This document shows positions 54,650 through 59,940 of a stretch of 59,940 bases of DNA, in pieces. Under the pieces are notes generated by a model. The model ran no database searches. It saw only the letters and a list, made by a program, of their open reading frames with translations, and was not told the origin of the DNA. Within the stretch, counting starts at the first letter, position 1. Each line of letters begins with the position of its first letter. Both the position numbers and the translations under genes were made by a program. The DNA is from an uncultured Alphaproteobacteria bacterium (lineage in GTDB: Bacteria; Pseudomonadota; Alphaproteobacteria; Methylaequorales; Methylaequoraceae): positions 1 through 59,940 of the forward strand of contig CABZMK010000006.1 of assembly GCA_902526865.1 (NCBI GenBank). Reading direction: 5' to 3'.

Positions 54650-55662
54650 TAAATTAAAGACTCCGTTTCCTCAAAATCGAACATAATATTCATGTTTTGT
54701 ATTGCTTGTCCTGCAGCTCCTTTTACTAGATTATCAATACAGCTAACAATTACTATTTTTCTTTTTGAATAATCAGAAAACAAATTTACTGCAAGATTAT
54801 TTGTATTTTGGACTTCTTTAACCTGAGGAATTTTATTACCTGAATAAATTTTAATAAAAGGTTCGTCAACATAGAAATTTTTTATAGTTTTGTAATACTC
54901 TTTTTCATCAAACTTTTTTTCTAAATAAATCGTAGACTGTATTCCCGAAATTATTGGTAAAACATGAGGCACAAAGGTAAAAGATACTTTTCTATTTATA
55001 AGTCTGATTTCTTGGTCAATCTCTGGATAATGTTTGTGACTTTTAATACCATAAGAAAAAAAATTACCACTTATTTCAGAGAAAAGGTTCTCGATTCTGG
55101 GTTGCTTACCTGCCCCACTTATACCTGATTTTGAATCAATGATGATATCTTGAATTCTTAATTTTTTTTCTTTTATTAAAGGAATTAGAGGAATCAGAAT
55201 AGAGGTTGGATAACATCCTGGATTTGAAATAAATTTACTTTTGTTTATTTTACTTCTATAAACTTCAGACAAGCCGTAGCAAAATTTTTCTTTCAATGAA
55301 TAAGACCTATGAGTCATATTATAAAATTTTTGGTATTCTGATACAGATTTGAGCCTAAAATCACCAGAAAGATCTATAATAGAGATTTTAGGATCAAGAT
55401 TTTTTATTATTTCTTTTTGTAATTTACCATTTGGCAAACAGCTAAAAATTAAATCTGTTTTACTAAAATCAAAGTCTTCATATTTCGAAATTTTGATTTT
55501 GTTAGATTTATTTAAATTTTTAAATAAATCTTCTAATTTTTTACCAGCTGTTAAATTTCCAAAAACTCCGTGTATTTTGATTTGCTTATGTTTATCTAAA
55601 TAGTAAAGAAGTTTTGAACCCGTATAACCGGATACACCAAAGACACATACATTTAAAGACAT
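54649..55662 (-). CDS. argC: N-acetyl-gamma-glutamyl-phosphate reductase
   Basis: GVSGYTG, DLSGDFRL, NPGCYPT, SGISGAG, DNLVKGAAGQA. Confidence 0.97.
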   Translation of the reverse strand: MSLNVCVFGVSGYTGSKLLYYLDKHKQIKIHGVFGNLTAGKKLEDLFKNLNKSNKIKISKYEDFDFSKTDLIFSCLPNGKLQKEIIKNLDPKISIIDLSGDFRLKSVSEYQKFYNMTHRSYSLKEKFCYGLSEVYRSKINKSKFISNPGCYPTSILIPLIPLIKEKKLRIQDIIIDSKSGISGAGKQPRIENLFSEISGNFFSYGIKSHKHYPEIDQEIRLINRKVSFTFVPHVLPIISGIQSTIYLEKKFDEKEYYKTIKNFYVDEPFIKIYSGNKIPQVKEVQNTNNLAVNLFSDYSKRKIVIVSCIDNLVKGAAGQAIQNMNIMFDFEETESLI

Positions 55663-55665
55663 ATC

Positions 55666-56130
55666 TTATCTTTTTGAAAATTGTGGACTTCTTCTAGCTT
55701 TATGTTTACCAAATTTTTTTCTTTCGACTTTTCTGGCATCACGAGTTAAAAATCCAGCTTTTTTTAATTTTTTTCTTAAAGAGGGGTCAAAGTTAACAAG
55801 AGCTCTACTAATACCATGTCTTAAAGCTCCAGCTTGTCCAGACAACCCACCTCCTGAAACTGTCGCAAAAATTTCTAGTTTATCAAGATTGTCAGTTTTG
55901 AAGAGTGGCTCTTCAAGAATTGTGCTATAGATTTTTCTTTTAAAATAGTCTTTACTTGGCTTTCCATTTACTGAAATTTTTTTGCTTCCAAATTTAATCC
56001 ACACTCTCGATACTGAGGTTTTTCTTCTGCCAGTGGCGTATGCTCTTCCTAGCTTATCAAGTTTTGGAAGGGTTGACTCAGCAATATCCTCAGTTTCGAC
56101 TGTACTTTCTTTCAAAACTTTTTCGTTCAC
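55666..56130 (-). CDS. rpsI: 30S ribosomal protein S9
   Basis: [23 protein letters not shown]. Confidence 0.98.
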   Translation of the reverse strand: MNEKVLKESTVETEDIAESTLPKLDKLGRAYATGRRKTSVSRVWIKFGSKKISVNGKPSKDYFKRKIYSTILEEPLFKTDNLDKLEIFATVSGGGLSGQAGALRHGISRALVNFDPSLRKKLKKAGFLTRDARKVERKKFGKHKARRSPQFSKR

Positions 56131-56591
56131 GAATTCACTCTATTTTTTCTATTTAACGTGCCAAAGTCAAATATTTCTGGTTTTTGGGCCTCTAAATTAT
56201 GTTGTTCATCTTTGAAAATTCTTAAATTGGATAGTTGTTTCTTTGAAAGCGCATTGGAATTCATCATTCTTTCAACAGCTTTTTTTATTATTGATTCAGG
56301 TTTTGCACCTTTAATTATGTCTTTAAAATACAGCTCTTTGAGACCCCCTGGATACCCAGTGTGTTTATAATATTTTTTTTCTTTCGTTTTATTACCAGTC
56401 ATCATAACTTTTTTCGCATTTATAACAATAACGTTATCGCCACAATCTAAGTGTGGTGTAAAAATTGTTTTATGTTTTCCTCTTAAGATTGAAGCTATTT
56501 TTGCAGCCAATCTACCAAGAACTAAACCGTCAGCATCTATGAGATACCATTTTTTTTTTATATCTTTTTTTTTTAAACTATAGGTCAACAT
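56127..56591 (-). CDS. rplM: 50S ribosomal protein L13
   Basis: [31 protein letters not shown]. Confidence 0.98.
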   Translation of the reverse strand: MLTYSLKKKDIKKKWYLIDADGLVLGRLAAKIASILRGKHKTIFTPHLDCGDNVIVINAKKVMMTGNKTKEKKYYKHTGYPGGLKELYFKDIIKGAKPESIIKKAVERMMNSNALSKKQLSNLRIFKDEQHNLEAQKPEIFDFGTLNRKNRVNS

Positions 56592-56600
56592 ACCATATGC

Positions 56601-56628
56601 AAAATAACTTAAAATTATCTGGTGTCAA
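56601..56628 (-). promoter_or_regulatory. putative sigma70 promoter of rplM-rpsI
   Basis: TTGACA-N16-TATTTT, ending 9 nt before the ATG. Confidence 0.6.
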
Positions 56629-56643
56629 CAGCAAAACTTATAT

Positions 56644-56958
56644 TTATGTGTTTTTACGAGCCCATAAAATATACTCACTGTTCACTTTTTTAGTTTCCAA
56701 TCGAACAAGAAAAGGAATGTCATAAGGATGATTTTTTTTTATTAAATCTTCGATTTTTTTTTTGGTATGAAATGTTTTAATTAGAAGAATTGATTCATTT
56801 GATTTTTTTAAGGATCCACTATCTCTGTAATAACTTTCAACGTTTTTAACAACATTTACGCATACAATCAATTTGTCACTTAGCATTGCTTTAGCAAGCT
56901 TTTTAGATTGCTTGGCTGATCCACAAGTTGTGTAAAAAATATTTATATTTAAATTCAT
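56644..56958 (-). CDS. cutA: divalent-cation tolerance protein CutA
   Basis: CVN, SYY, E..LLIKT, HPYDIP, EYILW. Confidence 0.88.
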   Translation of the reverse strand: MNLNINIFYTTCGSAKQSKKLAKAMLSDKLIVCVNVVKNVESYYRDSGSLKKSNESILLIKTFHTKKKIEDLIKKNHPYDIPFLVRLETKKVNSEYILWARKNT

Positions 56959-56964
56959 ATTTTA

Positions 56965-57043
56965 TGGTCGGGGCGACTGGATTTGAACCAGCGACCTCCC
57001 GCCCCCCAGACGGACGCGCTAAACCAGACTGCGCTACGCCCCG
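56965..57043 (-). tRNA. tRNA-Pro(GGG)
   Basis: CGGGGCG acceptor, TCCGT-CTGGGGG-GCGGG anticodon arm, GTTCAAATC, CCA. Confidence 0.95.
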
Positions 57044-57363
57044 TTAGATATGGCATTCCTAATCTCAAAAATCAAATCCTCTATTTCTTTAATCATAATT
57101 CTCTTTTCAGATGGATAATTAAATTGCTTCTTTTCTTTAAAATGAAGATTTACTCCTTCAATTGAATATTTTTTTTTTTGCAAAAGATATTTAACTTCTT
57201 TTAATATTTCTGTTTGAGTGCTGGAGTAGTATCTCGTTCCTCTGGGTTTCCTTATAGGCTTTAAAATATTAATTTTCTTTTCCCAAAGTCGTATAACATA
57301 AATTGGTAATTTCAATTCTTTAGCTATAAGTCCAATTTTTTTTAAAGCTTTATTTTGTGTCAC
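57034..57363 (-). CDS. MerR-family HTH regulator (ihfA-associated)
   Basis: IG.IA..L....VIRLWE, LKP...GTRYY, YSIEG; conserved position after ihfA. Confidence 0.85.
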   Translation of the reverse strand: MTQNKALKKIGLIAKELKLPIYVIRLWEKKINILKPIRKPRGTRYYSSTQTEILKEVKYLLQKKKYSIEGVNLHFKEKKQFNYPSEKRIMIKEIEDLIFEIRNAISNGA

Positions 57364-57664
57364 TTTTACCTGTATTTACATTTATTAAATTTATAAGAAA
57401 ATTAGAAGGTTTAAACTTTATGACGTTTCTCTCAGAAATCATTACTTCTTCTTTTGTTTTCGGGTTTCTTCCGATTCTTGCTTTTTTATTTTTAATTTTG
57501 AAAATTCCAAAATTAACTATTTTTACATCTTTTTGTTTAATTAATTGTGAAGAGATAATATTGACGAATGACTCAAAAAAAAACTTACACTCTCTCTTTG
57601 ACAATCCAATATTTTCATTTAAGTGACTCACAACCTTTGCTTTTGTCAAAACTTTCTTGGACAT
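57350..57664 (-). CDS. ihfA: integration host factor alpha
   Basis: VKIVNFGIF, RIGRNPKTKEEV.I, FKPS; position after fabH; start moved to ATG 57664. Confidence 0.9.
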   Translation of the reverse strand: MSKKVLTKAKVVSHLNENIGLSKRECKFFFESFVNIISSQLIKQKDVKIVNFGIFKIKNKKARIGRNPKTKEEVMISERNVIKFKPSNFLINLINVNTGKSDTK

Positions 57665-57680
57665 TAACAAATTATATATA

Positions 57681-58640
57681 TCATAATCTCAAAATACAAC
57701 TACCCCATGTCAATCCTCCACCAATTGCACATAAAGCTAGAACATCATTATTCTTAATTTTATTATTTTCGATTGAACTAGACAATGCTAAGGGTATTGA
57801 AGCTGCAGATGTATTAGCGTGAAGTCTAACGGTGCTTATGGTTTTTTGGTCGCTAATACCCAGTTTCTTGGCTGTACTTGAAATTATTCTTTGATTTGCT
57901 TGATGAGGTATAAACCAATTAATGTCATCAATATTCAAGTTGCATTCACTCAAAGCTTCAAGCGTTGCCTCAGATAATTTGTTAACTGCTTGCTTGAAGA
58001 TATCTTGTCCATTCATTCGAATTTTTCCAACCATTTGATTCTTAGAGGGACCCCCATCACTAAAGAGACTATCGTGCCATGAACCGTCTGAGAAAAGTTT
58101 TGTAGAAAGTACTCCAGATTTACAATCAGATTGTCCTAATATAATTGCACCAGCTCCATCCCCAAATAGCACGCAAGTTCTTCTGTCACTCCAATCAACA
58201 ATTTTAGATAATGTTTCAGCTCCAATAATAAGAATGTTTTTTGCTTTATTACACTTTATTAGTGAATCTGCAATTTCAAGAGAATAGATAAAACCTGAAC
58301 AGACTGCCTGAACGTCAAATGCAGGAATGTTTTTCATACCTAATTGTTTTTGAACTTTTGTAGCAGTCGATGGAAATGTTTCATCTGGTGTAGTGGTTGC
58401 AAGGATAATACAATCAATATCTTCACTTTTTAAATTAGCAGATTTTAAAGCATTTTTTGATGCCATCACAGCTAAGTCTGAAGTTAATTCATCTTTTAAA
58501 ACTATATGCCTTTGTTTTATTCCAGTCCTAGTGAAAATCCATTCATCCGAAGTATCAACAAATGCAAGGAGATCTTCATTTTTCAAAACTTTTGAAGGTA
58601 AAAAATAACCATGACCTAGAATTTTTGAACGAGGTAACAT
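57681..58640 (-). CDS. fabH: beta-ketoacyl-ACP synthase III
   Basis: DTSDEWI..RTGI, AVCSGF, FGDGAGA, PHQAN, NTSAASIP. Confidence 0.97.
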   Translation of the reverse strand: MLPRSKILGHGYFLPSKVLKNEDLLAFVDTSDEWIFTRTGIKQRHIVLKDELTSDLAVMASKNALKSANLKSEDIDCIILATTTPDETFPSTATKVQKQLGMKNIPAFDVQAVCSGFIYSLEIADSLIKCNKAKNILIIGAETLSKIVDWSDRRTCVLFGDGAGAIILGQSDCKSGVLSTKLFSDGSWHDSLFSDGGPSKNQMVGKIRMNGQDIFKQAVNKLSEATLEALSECNLNIDDINWFIPHQANQRIISSTAKKLGISDQKTISTVRLHANTSAASIPLALSSSIENNKIKNNDVLALCAIGGGLTWGSCILRL

Positions 58641-58641
58641 T

Positions 58642-59646
58642 TTATTTGTATAATTCTAACTTTTTTTCAATTTGATGAATATACGAATTTTCAATTAGTG
58701 AAACCGCAACTCCTATAGCGTTACAAAAACCAAAAGCATCTGTGCCACCGTGACTCTTTACTACTATTCCATTTAAACCCAATAAAACTGCACCATTATA
58801 TTTGCGCGGATCAATTCTCGTCTTGAATCTGTTTAAAGCTGGTTTTGAAAGAATGTATCCAATCTTTGAAATAAATGAGCTTTTGTATGAATTTTTTAAG
58901 AATGTAAAAATTAGTTCTGCTACACCTTCAGCGGTTTTTAGAGCTATATTTCCAGAAAATCCGTCTGTAACTACAACGTCTACAATACCTTTGTTAATAT
59001 CGTTACCTTCGACAAAACCATGAAAATTTATTTTTTTTTCAATTTTTTTAAGATCTGAGTGCGTTTGTTTAACCATCTCATTACCTTTTATAAGTTCAGA
59101 ACCTACATTTAATAATCCTATTTTAGGTTTCTGTATTCCAAGAACTGCTTGTGAAAATATGTCACCCATTAATGCAAACTGTACTAAATTATCGTTTGAA
59201 CAATCAACGTTGGCACCTAGGTCTAATATCACTGTTTGACCTTTCATAGTAGGCATCAAACCAGCTATTGCAGGGCGGTTTATTCCATTTAGAGTCTTCA
59301 ATACAAACTTTGATATAGCCATGAGAGCTCCTGTGTTTCCAGCTGAGACAAAACCGTGTGATTCACTATTCGATAAATTATTGATGCCAAGTCTCATACT
59401 TGACTTTTTTAGTTTCCTCAATGCTGTTACTGGTTCATCATCTGATTTTATACTTTCTTCTGTATGAAAGAATTCGGTATTGATAAGACCAGATTTTTTT
59501 AATTCTGGTTCAGATATATTTTGGTCCCCAAATAACTTAAACTTTACGTTTGGATAGATTTTGGATGCCATTTTAACGCCTTCTACAGTTGCTTTTGGGC
59601 CGTAATCTCCCCCCATAACGTCAATGGCCAATACTATTTCTTTCAA
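58642..59646 (-). CDS. plsX: phosphate acyltransferase PlsX
   Basis: IDVMGGD, SAGNTGALM, DLGAN, DGFSGN..LK..EG, KSHG. Confidence 0.97.
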   Translation of the reverse strand: MKEIVLAIDVMGGDYGPKATVEGVKMASKIYPNVKFKLFGDQNISEPELKKSGLINTEFFHTEESIKSDDEPVTALRKLKKSSMRLGINNLSNSESHGFVSAGNTGALMAISKFVLKTLNGINRPAIAGLMPTMKGQTVILDLGANVDCSNDNLVQFALMGDIFSQAVLGIQKPKIGLLNVGSELIKGNEMVKQTHSDLKKIEKKINFHGFVEGNDINKGIVDVVVTDGFSGNIALKTAEGVAELIFTFLKNSYKSSFISKIGYILSKPALNRFKTRIDPRKYNGAVLLGLNGIVVKSHGGTDAFGFCNAIGVAVSLIENSYIHQIEKKLELYK

Positions 59647-59660
59647 AACAAACCCTTGTT

Positions 59661-59873
59661 CTACTTTTCAGTGTCTAAATCAGTATCTTCACTAGATTCA
59701 GTTTTATCAATGATTTCTTTTCCGTCGTAATACCCGCAAGAATTACAAACATGATGAGCAAGCTTGAATTCACCACAGTTTGGACATTCAACTGCGTTAA
59801 CTGCCAATTGAGAATGATGAGATCTTCTCTTGCCTTTTCTGGATGGAGTTGTTTTTCTTTTTGGAACTGCCAC
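59661..59873 (-). CDS. rpmF: 50S ribosomal protein L32 (zinc-ribbon type, acidic tail)
   Basis: AVPKRK..SR...RRSH, CPNC...[10 protein letters not shown]; GTG 59873 after an AAGGA SD. Confidence 0.95.
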   Translation of the reverse strand: MAVPKRKTTPSRKGKRRSHHSQLAVNAVECPNCGEFKLAHHVCNSCGYYDGKEIIDKTESSEDTDLDTEK

Positions 59874-59940
59874 TTTATACTTTTCCTTAAAATAGTAATC
59901 TTGACTTGTACATAAAATTTCAAAAAATAACAATATTTTT

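Noticed and set aside
56983-57165. 60-aa plus-strand ORF
   Set aside because: Antisense to tRNA-Pro and the MerR gene

Overview
AT-rich, very compact chromosomal segment of a free-living-type alphaproteobacterium, inferred from gene order (ATP12/rluC, hom-recJ, plsX-fabH-ihfA-merR-tRNA-Pro, no rpsD in the alpha operon) and from the glnBA, argC and hom genes. About half is the contiguous secE-nusG-rplKAJL-rpoBC-str-S10-spc-alpha supercluster (11.8-41.5 kb, minus strand). The flanks carry glnB-glnA under a consensus sigma54 promoter, pccBA, six tRNAs, a cobalamin riboswitch-btuB-tonB unit, recJ, a PPi-type phosphofructokinase, hom, argC, rplM-rpsI and fabH-plsX-rpmF. I see no CRISPR array, rRNA, intact prophage or complete novel multi-gene system. 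Most notable oddities: (1) an intact but apparently catalytically dead tyrosine recombinase behind tRNA-Leu; (2) tonB split by a single frameshift in an A17 tract; (3) a MerR-family gene whose stop codon lies inside tRNA-Pro; (4) several promoters placing +1 on or next to the start codon, including the sigma54 glnB promoter; (5) long low-complexity tails on S5, L15, L3 and L17; (6) PPi-PFK in the slot usually held by glpX; (7) no second tuf, with genes inserted at tRNA 3' ends. All calls are by eye; no database search was run.
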